DNA of 32,000 nt from Methanocaldococcus jannaschii DSM 2661. GTDB taxonomy: Archaea > AGJL01 > Methanococci > Methanococcales > Methanocaldococcaceae. This document shows positions 8,639 to 19,292 of the stretch, in pieces. The first letter of the stretch is position 1; each line of letters starts with the position of its first letter. The notes under the pieces were generated by a model, which saw nothing but the letters and a program-made list of their open reading frames with translations, did not search any database and was not told the DNA's origin. The stretch is taken from contig NC_000909.1 of assembly GCF_000091665.1 (NCBI RefSeq), positions 910,712 through 942,711 of the forward strand, written 5' to 3'. Both the position numbers and the translations under genes were made by a program.

Positions 8639-8979
8639 AATGTAACAACATTATCACTCTCTTTAACAAAGGCGATTAAGTCGTGCATTGTAGCTAACTT
8701 AGCTCCTTCAATTAAATCCTCCTCTTTTAAACCTCTTGCCTTACAGCAAGGACCGCAAACTTTAACAACTGCTCCCAACTCAATGGCATTCTTTAATAGC
8801 TCTAAGTAGTTTGGAACTTCTGAAGGGTTTTGTTCCTTTTTAGCAACATAGACACCATTCTCAAGTAAGAAGATATTTACTTCAATCCCTTCTAATAAAG
8901 CTGTTAATGCAAATCTTAAGGCAGAGTAAGCCCTCTCCTTTCCATAAGGAGCTTCTGTAATGATTACGGTGAATTTCAT
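8635..8979 (-). CDS. DsrE/DsrF-like sulfur-relay family protein
   Basis: 114 aa. 'MKFTVIITEAPYGKERAYSALRFA...VKVCGPCCKARG' matches the DsrE-family pattern. Adjacent to a TusA-like gene. Confidence 0.7.
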   Translation of the reverse strand: MKFTVIITEAPYGKERAYSALRFALTALLEGIEVNIFLLENGVYVAKKEQNPSEVPNYLELLKNAIELGAVVKVCGPCCKARGLKEEDLIEGAKLATMHDLIAFVKESDNVVTF

Positions 8980-8987
8980 TATTTCAC

Positions 8988-9203
8988 CTATTTTTTGATG
9001 ACTATTCTAAATCTACTCTCTGTTTCTTCAGCTAAAACAACTGTATAGCCGTTATTTTCAGCAAATCTTTTTATGTTTTCTAATGCTGGTTTGTAGTCCC
9101 CTACAACCTCTAACTCTTCTCCTTCATTCAATTCTTCTAAAGCCTTTTTTGTCTTTAAAACTGGAACTGGGCAGATGTCTCCAGTAACATCAAGTTTTTT
9201 CAT
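8988..9203 (-). CDS. TusA-like sulfurtransferase
   Basis: 'LDVTGDICPVPVLKTKKAL' contains the conserved CP.P active-site cysteine motif. The ATG at 9203 has SD 'ggtga' upstream. Confidence 0.75.
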   Translation of the reverse strand: MKKLDVTGDICPVPVLKTKKALEELNEGEELEVVGDYKPALENIKRFAENNGYTVVLAEETESRFRIVIKK

Positions 9204-9476
9204 AGCTATCACCATGAGATTTTTAATAAAAGTAGGTTTAAAAAGTATAAAAAATTAATCTGAAAAAAGTTTAATTGCTTAGTTGGTTATTAGAGTTTTT
9301 AATGGCTATTTTTATAAGCTTTTTATTTAATTTTATAGTTTCTTGCGTTTGTCTTTTACTACCCTAAATGTTTAGAAGAATAGTCTTCTGAATTTTTAAA
9401 AGAGGAAGCTATTTATACATTTAGAAACAATTAAGTTTTATTAGTTTGAGAGGAGATTTTTAATTTGGTGATAATT

Positions 9477-9899
9477 ATGCCAACTAAAACTATAACTCTA
9501 AAAGTTCCTTCCAATATTTCAAAGAAAAAGATTGAAGAGGCTATTAAAAAGCTTGAATTGGAGGAAAAATACAAGAAAACTGAGAATTTTAAACTATTTG
9601 TTAAAGATGAAGATTTAAAGATGAAAATTTACAAAATAGCTGAATTTGTTGAAGATTATTTAAAGAAAAAATATTCTGATGAGGAATTTGAGATTGTTTT
9701 AGATTATGATGGAATTGATGATAAGGTAGTTGTGGAGATAGTTTTTAAGAAGAAATTGGATAAAAGGGAGTTAAAGGATATAAAAGTTATTATAAGAAAG
9801 CTAAAGGAGATTATATTTGATGCTTGGAGAAAAGTTGATGAGAAATACCCAGATATGCGTGGATTTTTAATTGTTACCTCTGACTTGGAGGTGTTGTAA
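9477..9899 (+). CDS. Hypothetical protein; possible RHH-like N-terminus; first gene of a coupled pair
   Basis: 'TKTITLKVPSNISKKKIEEAIKKLE' looks like a strand followed by a helix. SD 'ggtga' lies 5 nt upstream of the ATG at 9477. The stop TAA (9897-9899) abuts the next start. Confidence 0.5.
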   Translation: MPTKTITLKVPSNISKKKIEEAIKKLELEEKYKKTENFKLFVKDEDLKMKIYKIAEFVEDYLKKKYSDEEFEIVLDYDGIDDKVVVEIVFKKKLDKRELKDIKVIIRKLKEIIFDAWRKVDEKYPDMRGFLIVTSDLEVL

Positions 9900-10433
9900 G
9901 TGTTTAATATTGATGAATTTAAAGAAATAGCTGAAAAGCTACCAACTTTCAAATCTCTACCAAATGAAGGAAAATACCGAACTGCTATTGGGAGATACTA
10001 CTATTGTATCTTTTTAAAACTTAGAGAGATTGTTAAAGAGATTGAGCAAGATAGAGAAGATGGGATTTATGAACTTTTAAATAGTGGAAAGGCACATAAA
10101 GCATTACCAGCATATTTCAGAACTTTATCTGATAAAATTAGAGTAGATAATTTGAAGAATGATTTAATAACTTTGGCTGAAGCTCTTGAAGATTTAAGGA
10201 AATTAAGAAATATGTGTGATTATGATGTTGATGTTTCCATATCATTTACTAAAGTCATTGAAGCTGAGATAGATATAGAAATTATAGAGCAAACAATAAC
10301 TAACCTCTCTTATCAAAAACCAAAAAGTAAAACCAAAATTGTTGGATTAAAAAATGTTCTTGAATATTTTAAGGATAAAGATAACCTACCAACTTATAAC
10401 GAAGTCATTAACATTATGTATAGACGAAGATAA
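9900..10433 (+). CDS. Hypothetical all-helical protein with HEPN-like motifs
   Basis: The GTG start at 9900 is preceded by a strong SD 'ggaggtg' 6 nt upstream, inside the end of the previous gene. 'RTAIGRYYYCIFLKLRE' and 'LRKLRNMCDYD' (R-N-x3-Y) resemble the first helix and the RNxxxH motif region of HEPN proteins. This is motif level only. Confidence 0.5.
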   Translation: MFNIDEFKEIAEKLPTFKSLPNEGKYRTAIGRYYYCIFLKLREIVKEIEQDREDGIYELLNSGKAHKALPAYFRTLSDKIRVDNLKNDLITLAEALEDLRKLRNMCDYDVDVSISFTKVIEAEIDIEIIEQTITNLSYQKPKSKTKIVGLKNVLEYFKDKDNLPTYNEVINIMYRRR

Positions 10434-10550
10434 TTATGACAGAAAAAAATACAAAACCAGATTGGTTAGTAAAAACAAAAGAGATTACTTATGAGGTTAA
10501 ATTTTATAAACCATAAATTGTTCGGAAAAAATTCGTTAATTCTGTTTATT

Positions 10551-10567
10551 ATGATAAATCATGACAA
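10551..10567 (+). repeat. 17-mer ATGATAAATCATGACAA, copy 1 (two phased ATGAnAAAT 10-mers)
   Basis: Exact repeat of 11021-11037. Confidence 0.7.
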
Positions 10568-10624
10568 TTTTATCCATAAAAATAGTCCAAACTACTCTTT
10601 TTTTATTCTGTAAATTTCGTTAGT

Positions 10625-10795
10625 TTAAAACAAAATAGGTGCAATTGCAGATATTATAATCAACCCAGCTAATATGTATCCCATGATTTTTGTTAATTCA
10701 CTTCCAGTATATGGCCTTGTTAAATCTCTTTTTATGCTTTCTAATTCTTCAAATTCCCCATCATTTACATGTATGTGTTGTAACTTCACTTCCAT
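10625..10795 (-). CDS. Small ORF (56 aa) with a C-terminal TM helix; not in the supplied ORF track
   Basis: My translation is MEVKLQHIHVNDGEFEELESIKRDLTRPYTGSELTKIMGYILAGLIIISAIAPILF. SD 'gggtgag' lies just upstream of the ATG at 10795. Confidence 0.35.
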   Translation of the reverse strand: MEVKLQHIHVNDGEFEELESIKRDLTRPYTGSELTKIMGYILAGLIIISAIAPILF

Positions 10796-10821
10796 ATTCT
10801 CACCCTACCTATTGTTGTTTT

Positions 10822-10917
10822 AATAGGACTTTCGCAGGAAATAAAGTTTTATTGTATATAGACACCCTTTGGGTGTCTAAGTTCCAAACTTAATATATAA
10901 ACTGCGAAAGTCCTATT
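10822..10917. repeat. 96-bp inverted-repeat element with a GC-rich inner hairpin (MITE-like or structured RNA)
   Basis: Perfect 16-bp arms: AATAGGACTTTCGCAG (10822-10837) and CTGCGAAAGTCCTATT (10902-10917). Inner hairpin AGACACCC-ttt-GGGTGTCT at 10860-10878. Confidence 0.6.
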
Positions 10918-10960
10918 CACTTATATCATTGAAAAAAGTCATATATATGCTTTTTTGCTC

Positions 10961-10980
10961 ATGAACAATCATGATAAATG
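10961..10980 (+). repeat. Variant tandem 10-mers 'atgaacaatc atgataaatg'
   Basis: Same ATGAnnAAT pattern and 10-bp phase as 10551-10570 and 11021-11040. Confidence 0.5.
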
Positions 10981-11020
10981 TTTTTAATGAAAAATAATGA
11001 CAGATTGGTTTTAATCTATA

Positions 11021-11037
11021 ATGATAAATCATGACAA
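11021..11037 (+). repeat. 17-mer ATGATAAATCATGACAA, copy 2
   Basis: Exact repeat of 10551-10567. Confidence 0.7.
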
Positions 11038-11120
11038 ATTTGAATTTGTATAAAAATGTATATAAAAGAGTATGAAGCTAACTTTAATGAGTAAAATCCT
11101 AAAAATAGAAAAAATTTGTT

Positions 11121-12197
11121 TTAAATCCTCCTATACTTATAAAATATCCTACACGTTCCCTCATCTGAAACCATACAACTACCAACTGGATTTAATGGAG
11201 TGCAAACCGTTCCAAACAATGGGCAGTCAGTTGGCAGTTTCTCTCCTCTCAAAATCTTATCACATATACAACCTTTAGGAATTTTCTCTTTAATCTCTGG
11301 AATATCCTCATGCTCATAGATGTCAAATTTCTTATACTTCTCCCTCAATCCAAAACCACCATTTTTAACAACTGGGAAACCTCTCCAAGGAACATCTATG
11401 CTTTCAAAAACTTCATTTATTATTTTTTGAGCTAAAACATTACCTTCTGGCTTAACTGCTCTAATATATTCATTTTCAACCTTTGCCTCTCCACTGATGA
11501 CTTGCTTTAAAATCATTATTATAGCCATTAACACATCTATTGGCTCAAAGCCAGCAACAACCATTGGAGCTTTGTATTTTTCACACAACCCATAATAAGG
11601 CTTTAATCCGGTGATTGTTGAAACATGTCCTGGGCATATAAATGCATCTAAATAAACTCCCTCATTTAACAAGAACTCCATAACTGGAGGAGTCTGCCTG
11701 TGGCAATTTAGGATAAAGAAGTTATTAACATCTTTATTTTTTAAACTTATTAGTTCAGCCCCAGTAGTTGGAGCAGTGGTTTCAAAACCTATTGCCACAA
11801 AAACAAACTTCTTATCTCTCTCCTTCTTAGCCATCTTTACTGCTTCACTTATACTATAGACAATTCTAACATCACAACCCTCAGATTGCTTTTCCATCAA
11901 AGATTTTTCACTTCCCGGCACTCTATACATATCTCCAAGAGTGGTTATTACATATCCATTGTCAGCTAAATATATGGCTGTATCTATCTCTTTTTGAGTT
12001 GTTACACAAACTGGACAACCCGGCCCTGGAACAACGGTTATATTCTCTGGCAGAACATCCCTAATCCCATACTTACAGATTGTGTGCTCATGACTTCCAC
12101 AGACGTGCATAATCTTTAATTTATCTATCTTCTCAGCAAGTTTGTTTATCTTATCTATGGCTTTTTTTATTAAGGCTCTATCATTGATATTAATCAT
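11121..12197 (-). CDS. hypD: [NiFe]-hydrogenase maturation protein HypD
   Basis: Motifs 'GPGCPVCV', 'GFETT', 'CPGHVS' and C-terminal cysteines, typical of HypD. Confidence 0.9.
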   Translation of the reverse strand: MININDRALIKKAIDKINKLAEKIDKLKIMHVCGSHEHTICKYGIRDVLPENITVVPGPGCPVCVTTQKEIDTAIYLADNGYVITTLGDMYRVPGSEKSLMEKQSEGCDVRIVYSISEAVKMAKKERDKKFVFVAIGFETTAPTTGAELISLKNKDVNNFFILNCHRQTPPVMEFLLNEGVYLDAFICPGHVSTITGLKPYYGLCEKYKAPMVVAGFEPIDVLMAIIMILKQVISGEAKVENEYIRAVKPEGNVLAQKIINEVFESIDVPWRGFPVVKNGGFGLREKYKKFDIYEHEDIPEIKEKIPKGCICDKILRGEKLPTDCPLFGTVCTPLNPVGSCMVSDEGTCRIFYKYRRI

Positions 12198-12201
12198 TTT
12201 C

Positions 12202-12924
12202 CTACCTCTCCTTTAATGTTCTAATAACTTCTAACATCCCTTCAATCGTATATACTTTAGGAATTAATGGTTTAAAACCAAATTTTTCAATAACTTTGGC
12301 AGTTATAGGACCAATGGCGACTATGTAGTTATCTTTTATAATTTCAGCAAACTCATCATCCACATACTTAAAAAAATTCTTAGCTGTTAATCCACTTGTA
12401 AATGTTAGAATAAATTTATCTTTTGCTATTAACTCTTTTAGTTTTTTAATATCCTCTTTTAAGTTTTCTGGCTCTGCTGATTTATACACAAATAACAAAT
12501 CAGCATTTAAGTTATTCTTTAAAACGTCTCTTGTTGATGGTGTTGTTGGGATTAAAAATTTTTCCTCCTCTTTAGAAACTTTTTTAATCTCTCTTAGGAG
12601 GGACTCTGCAGTGTATTCATTAGGCATTATATCTGGGTCCCTACCAAAATATTTTTTAAAAGTTTTTGCTGTTTTTTCTCCAATAACTGCAATTTTTTTA
12701 TTTTTTACATTTTCTCTTTCATTTTCAGTTAGTATATTGTATAGTCCAATAACACCACTTGGTGAGGTAAAAGCTATCCAATCATAGCTGTCTAAATTAA
12801 CATCTAAATCTTTATTATATACAATCTCCAATGTTGGAAATATTATTGGTTCAAACCCTTCTTTTTTTAATAAACTGGCAAAAACATCAGCCCTTTCCTT
12901 AGGTCTCGTTATCACAACTTTCAT
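12202..12924 (-). CDS. hemD: Uroporphyrinogen-III synthase
   Basis: Two-lobed HEM4-family pattern: 'FTSPSGV', 'IGEKTA', 'FTSGLTAKNF', 'AIGPITAK'. Confidence 0.75.
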   Translation of the reverse strand: MKVVITRPKERADVFASLLKKEGFEPIIFPTLEIVYNKDLDVNLDSYDWIAFTSPSGVIGLYNILTENERENVKNKKIAVIGEKTAKTFKKYFGRDPDIMPNEYTAESLLREIKKVSKEEEKFLIPTTPSTRDVLKNNLNADLLFVYKSAEPENLKEDIKKLKELIAKDKFILTFTSGLTAKNFFKYVDDEFAEIIKDNYIVAIGPITAKVIEKFGFKPLIPKVYTIEGMLEVIRTLKER

Positions 12925-13589
12925 GTTATCCCGTTATTTATTAAATTTAAATCTATCCCATTAAACTCCAAATAAACATAAACTTTGTCCCCCATATCAA
13001 CTACATTACAATCAACTGCATTTGTTTTTTGCAACAATTCATTTCTAAGTTTTTCAGTATCAATTTCTTGATTATTTGGTTTTCTAAATACCTCTATCAA
13101 ATATGTTTTATTTGAATTTAGGTCATAATATATGCCAATTGTATAGTTCTCCCTATATATAAGAACATCCTTATAGTTCGGAGGGATTGTATTAACTAAA
13201 TCATTCATCTCAGCTTTTCCTAAATCATCTTCATTTAGATTTTTTATCAAAACTCCATTATAATACTTAAAATTATCAATTGGAATGTATTTAATTAAAA
13301 ATCCAAGTGGTATTTTTATACCAAAACTCCCATGATTTCCAATATAAATCCCATTAATTAAAATTATTGACTCTTTATAGAATTCTGGCATGTTTTTGAG
13401 ATTAACATCATTTTTGAGCATCATAAGGGTTTTATGGTCTATATAAGTGAATTCTTTAAATGGTGAATTTTCTATAACCTCCTTAACATCCTCAGCTCCT
13501 CCTATATTTGCATATAAATATAAACCTAAGATGAGTATAGGCAGTATATTTATTATCAAAAACAACACTATCTTTTTCATATACTTCAT
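12921..13589 (-). CDS. Membrane-anchored protein of unknown function
   Basis: N-terminal signal anchor 'KKIVLFLIINILPILILGLYLY'. The ATG at 13589 is preferred (SD 'ggtga' upstream) over the tracked 13604. 4-nt overlap with hemD. Confidence 0.5.
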   Translation of the reverse strand: MKYMKKIVLFLIINILPILILGLYLYANIGGAEDVKEVIENSPFKEFTYIDHKTLMMLKNDVNLKNMPEFYKESIILINGIYIGNHGSFGIKIPLGFLIKYIPIDNFKYYNGVLIKNLNEDDLGKAEMNDLVNTIPPNYKDVLIYRENYTIGIYYDLNSNKTYLIEVFRKPNNQEIDTEKLRNELLQKTNAVDCNVVDMGDKVYVYLEFNGIDLNLINNGIT

Positions 13590-13661
13590 ATAATCACCAT
13601 ACATCTTATAATAATAGTTAAAATATTTTATAAAAAGTATTTTAATGTCTTTGGTGATAAC

Positions 13662-15017
13662 ATGCTTAACTTGGAAAAAATAGAGAAATTGTTAGAAGTT
13701 GGAGATTATGCGGATATAAGAATAAATTTTGGAGAGAGCAATACAATAACATTAAAAGATGGTAAAATAGAAGAAATCTCATCAGGTTTTGGAAATGGTG
13801 TAGCTGTTAGAGTCTTATACAAAAATGGATGGGGGTTTGTTACATCAAACATAGTGAGTGAAGAGGAAATCGAAAAACTCATAAATAAAGCGTATAAAAT
13901 GGCTAAAATCTCAAATGAATATTCAGAAAAAGAGATTATATTAAAAGATTACAAGGCAATAATTGATAATTATAAAATGATTGGGAAAATAAACCCAACT
14001 GATGTTGATATTGAAGAAAAGAAAGAAATTATTATTGATACATACAAAAATATGACGGATGAAAAGATTAAAAGTATTTCTGTTAGCTATTCTGATGTGT
14101 TTGGAAAGAGAATATTTATGATTAGCGAAGGTTCAAGGATTGAGGGAGAGATAACAAGATGCATAATGTATATGAACTGTGTTGCTAAGGAAAATGGGAA
14201 TCTGCAGTATGGTGCTGAGAGAACTGGTGGTTTTGGATTTGAGAAAATAAAAGATAACTATTTAAATTTAGCTTTAGAAGCAAAAAATAGAGCTTTAAGA
14301 TTATTGAAAGCAAAACCATGCCCAAAGGGGAAATTTAAAGTAATTTTAGACCCTGAGTTAGCTGGAGTATTTATACATGAGGCAGTGGGGCATGCATCAG
14401 AGGCGGACTTAGTTTTGCAGAATGATAGTGTATTTAAAGATAAGTTAGGAGAAAGAGTAGGAAGTGAATATGTTACAGTTATAGATGATGCTACAATTGA
14501 GGGAGCTTTTGGTTCTTATAAGTATGATGATGAGGGAGTTGAAGGTAAAAAAACAGTTATCATTGAAAATGGAATTTTAAAAACTTATTTACACTCAAGA
14601 GAAACAGCTGGAAGAATGGATGCTGAGCTAACAGGGAACGGTAGAGCTGAAGGTTTAAACAAACCAATTGTAAGGATGAGTAACACCTTCATAAAACCTG
14701 GAGATTGGAGTTTTGAAGAGCTTTTAGAGGACACAAAAGAAGGAATATTCTTAAAGGGTTCGAGAGGGGGACAGGTAGATACTGGTAAAGGGCTCTTCCA
14801 ATTCAGTGCAGTTGAAGCCTACTTAATCGAAAATGGAGAACTAACTCAGGTTTTAAAAGATGCTGGTTTAAGTGGGGAGATTTTAGATATTTTATTTAAA
14901 GTTGATGCAGTTACAAAGGACTTTGAGCTAAGTGTTGGTTACTGTGGAAAGGATGGGCAGAGTGTTCCAGTTGGTGATGGTGGTGGATGTGTTAGAACAA
15001 TAGCTACTGTTTCTTAA
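13662..15017 (+). CDS. tldD: TldD/PmbA-family metalloprotease
   Basis: The 'HEAVGH' zinc motif and the C-terminal 'GYCGKDGQSVPVGDGGG' are typical of the TldD/PmbA family. Confidence 0.8.
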   Translation: MLNLEKIEKLLEVGDYADIRINFGESNTITLKDGKIEEISSGFGNGVAVRVLYKNGWGFVTSNIVSEEEIEKLINKAYKMAKISNEYSEKEIILKDYKAIIDNYKMIGKINPTDVDIEEKKEIIIDTYKNMTDEKIKSISVSYSDVFGKRIFMISEGSRIEGEITRCIMYMNCVAKENGNLQYGAERTGGFGFEKIKDNYLNLALEAKNRALRLLKAKPCPKGKFKVILDPELAGVFIHEAVGHASEADLVLQNDSVFKDKLGERVGSEYVTVIDDATIEGAFGSYKYDDEGVEGKKTVIIENGILKTYLHSRETAGRMDAELTGNGRAEGLNKPIVRMSNTFIKPGDWSFEELLEDTKEGIFLKGSRGGQVDTGKGLFQFSAVEAYLIENGELTQVLKDAGLSGEILDILFKVDAVTKDFELSVGYCGKDGQSVPVGDGGGCVRTIATVS

Positions 15018-15276
15018 AATTCTCATTTTTAATGTATTCAGAGATTATCTTTAAATCTCTTTTTAAACTCAAACGGCTTAATCGTGCAAGAGAATCCAAT
15101 GTTATTGTTGGATATGTTGTATAGGGCAAGAGTATTTTTAAATCATCTATTAAGTCTGACCATAATTTTTTCAATTCTTTATTTTCTTTTTTAGATATAA
15201 GTTTTGGTTCATTTTCTGAGAATATTTCATCTAATAGTTCTTTAAAAAATGATGCAATAATTATTACATATTTCAC
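15004..15276 (-). CDS. Hypothetical 90-aa protein (weak call)
   Basis: ORF only. GTG start with no clear SD. It overlaps the tldD 3' end by 14 nt and lies 20 nt downstream of the preceding gene. Confidence 0.3.
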   Translation of the reverse strand: MKYVIIIASFFKELLDEIFSENEPKLISKKENKELKKLWSDLIDDLKILLPYTTYPTITLDSLARLSRLSLKRDLKIISEYIKNENFKKQ

Positions 15277-15296
15277 ATAATTAATTCGTTTTACTT

Positions 15297-16022
15297 CTAA
15301 AACGTTGGAATTTTCATTTTCTCTTCATCATTTTTCAAAATTCTAGCTAAAATGTGGGAATATAATTTTATTAAATTTTGATATTCCTCCTGTGAAACCA
15401 CTCCCTTAGCTAACAAATCATCTAAAAATTTTGGAAAAGCATTTTTTGCAGTTATAAATAACGAATACATAAAATTCTTAACTTCAGTTTCATACCACTT
15501 TTTAAATTCTTCTTGTGCAATTTCCTCCGACTGTTTAATAAAGTGTTGTATGATTTTTATTCCTGCTCCTAAAAGTGCAAGACCTCCAAATGCAGTATAT
15601 AACGTTCCAAATTGAATATCATCTGGTTTTAAAAATGCAACATAACCCAGTACATAAACACTTGTAAGTAAAATCGAAAACACAACTAAATTAATAAAGG
15701 AAACTGTCATCATTCTGACAAAAAAGAATAGAATCCTCAAAATCCATCCAAAACCTGATTTTATTACTCCTTTAATTATTGTTAATAGTATTCCAACCAG
15801 TGCTATAATACATTGAAGTTTTAATTTAAAATTACTGAAAATTTTTAATGGAATTAAGAGAAGAATAATTAAACCATCTAAATGTTGTGGATGAAAAGCT
15901 ATCAATAAAAAAAGATTAACCCAAAAGACGTGCTTTATATTAAATACAGACCACAATCCATTAAAAATATATGAAACGACAATAACAAATAACAAGAAAA
16001 TAAGGGCATATAGGGACTTCAA
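15297..16022 (-). CDS. Multi-pass membrane protein with a soluble C-terminal domain, unknown function
   Basis: 241-aa ORF with about 5-6 hydrophobic helices. Apparent TTG start. Confidence 0.5.
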   Translation of the reverse strand: MKSLYALIFLLFVIVVSYIFNGLWSVFNIKHVFWVNLFLLIAFHPQHLDGLIILLLIPLKIFSNFKLKLQCIIALVGILLTIIKGVIKSGFGWILRILFFFVRMMTVSFINLVVFSILLTSVYVLGYVAFLKPDDIQFGTLYTAFGGLALLGAGIKIIQHFIKQSEEIAQEEFKKWYETEVKNFMYSLFITAKNAFPKFLDDLLAKGVVSQEEYQNLIKLYSHILARILKNDEEKMKIPTF

Positions 16023-16174
16023 TATATCAAAGTAGAATCATATACTCTCCTTAACAATCTCTATAGGGGTGTCAGTATCTATTTTTCCCATTTAGACACC
16101 ACTATATATAAAAATACATTAATGTAAGGAAATAAAAAATAAAAGCTTAAAAATTTATTTATTCAGAGGAGGAA

Positions 16175-17803
<1,629 letters not shown>

Positions 17804-17855
17804 CTTCTCACCTCAGATTGTTACCTTATTCGGTATGTATATGTTAATGAAATTC

Positions 17856-17870
17856 TATATAAACCTTTCG
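17856..17870 (-). promoter_or_regulatory. Archaeal BRE/TATA promoter of the thermosome gene
   Basis: The minus strand reads 'CGAAAGG TTTATATA', a consensus-like BRE plus TATA box about 55-65 nt upstream of the start codon. Confidence 0.5.
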
Positions 17871-18005
17871 GTTTTGTGTAAAGTTGATTCAACATCAATA
17901 ACTGTAAATATATAAATACTTATATCTTACAAAATTATGCTGATGAAACAAAGATTTATAAGATAGCTTTGCTATTTATTTACAAAAAACAAAACGTATT
18001 TAAGG

Positions 18006-19256
18006 ATGATAGTGATGTTCCAAAAACCAAGAGGGACGAGAGATTTTTTACCAGAGGAGATGAAAAAAAGAAGATTTGTTGAAAATAAGCTAAGAGAGGT
18101 TTTTGAGAGGTATGGGTATAAGGAGATATTAACCCCAACCTTTGAAAGCTTTGAGTTAATAGCTAAAAAAACAGGAGAAGAGATTAGAAAGCAGTTGTAT
18201 GTGTTTAAGGACCATGGTGGGAGAGAAATGGCTTTAAGACCAGAGATGACATCCCCGGTTGTTAGATTCTATTTAAATGAATTGAAGAACCTACAAAAAC
18301 CTTTAAGGCTTTATTATTTCGCTAATTGTTTTAGATATGAGAGACCTCAGGCAGGGAGGTTTAGAGAGTTTTGGCAGATGGGTTGTGAGTTAATAGGATG
18401 CAAAGAACCATTGGCAGATGCTGAGGTTTTGAATTTAGCAATGGATGGATTGATAAATATTGGTTTGGATTTTGATGTTCATATAGGGCATTTGGGAGTT
18501 TTGAAGGGAGTTTTAGAGAAATTTAATGTTAGTGAGGAAGAGGAGGTTAAAATAAGAAGATTAATTGATAAAGAGGATTATGATAATTTGAAGATTTATC
18601 TAACTCAAATCTTAGGAGAGGAGAAGAAAGAGCTAATATTTGAGATATTGAAGTTTAAAGGAAGTAGAGAGGTTTTGGATGAACTAAAGGAAATATTAAA
18701 GGACTTCCCAAAATCTATGGAGGCGATAAATAATTTGGAGGAGATTTTAGAGTTTGTTATTCATGATAAATATACAATAAACCTTGGAATTGCGAGAGGT
18801 TTAGATTACTACACAGGAATGGTATTTGAAATCTATGGGAAGAAGGGAGCTAAGCAGATATGTGGTGGCGGGAGATACGATAACTTAATTGAAACGTTTG
18901 GAGGAGAACCAACTCCAGCTGTTGGTTTTGCCTATGGATTTGATAGGATTATGATGAATATCGATGATTTAGATATTGAGGAAGAGAGCATTTTAATAAT
19001 CCCAGTAAAAAAAGATAAGGAATTAATTAAAAAATCTCTAATTATAGCTGATAAGTTAAGAAAAGCTGGAAAAATTGTAGAACTTGAGATTATGGGGAGA
19101 AAGCTAAGAAAAGCTTTAGATTATGCAAACTCAAGAGGATTTAAGAAGGTAATTATTGTTGGAGAGAAAGAGCTTAATGAAGGGAAAGTAACTGTAAAAG
19201 ATATGATAACTGGAGAGCAGAAATTAATTGGTATAGATGAATTGACAAATTTCTAA
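18006..19256 (+). CDS. hisS: Histidyl-tRNA synthetase
   Basis: Class II motifs '[16 protein letters not shown]' and 'GGGRYD'. The true start may be the ATG at 18015 ([11 protein letters not shown]). Confidence 0.9.
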   Translation: MIVMFQKPRGTRDFLPEEMKKRRFVENKLREVFERYGYKEILTPTFESFELIAKKTGEEIRKQLYVFKDHGGREMALRPEMTSPVVRFYLNELKNLQKPLRLYYFANCFRYERPQAGRFREFWQMGCELIGCKEPLADAEVLNLAMDGLINIGLDFDVHIGHLGVLKGVLEKFNVSEEEEVKIRRLIDKEDYDNLKIYLTQILGEEKKELIFEILKFKGSREVLDELKEILKDFPKSMEAINNLEEILEFVIHDKYTINLGIARGLDYYTGMVFEIYGKKGAKQICGGGRYDNLIETFGGEPTPAVGFAYGFDRIMMNIDDLDIEEESILIIPVKKDKELIKKSLIIADKLRKAGKIVELEIMGRKLRKALDYANSRGFKKVIIVGEKELNEGKVTVKDMITGEQKLIGIDELTNF

Positions 19257-19292
19257 CCCCAATTTAAATCTTTATAAATTTTTATTTTTGGG

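Noticed and set aside
9477-9899. Whether the gene upstream of the HEPN-like protein is a minimal nucleotidyltransferase (the classic MNT-HEPN pair)
   Set aside because: I looked for the G[GS]-x(9-13)-D-x-[DE] signature and found none. 'LDYDGIDD' is not in a convincing context, so the MNT call was dropped.
10690-11278. Tracked ORFs 10690-10893 (+) and 11072-11278 (+)
   Set aside because: The first runs through the inverted-repeat element and opposite the better-supported small minus-strand ORF. The second overlaps the hypD 3' end. Neither has an SD or recognisable sequence.
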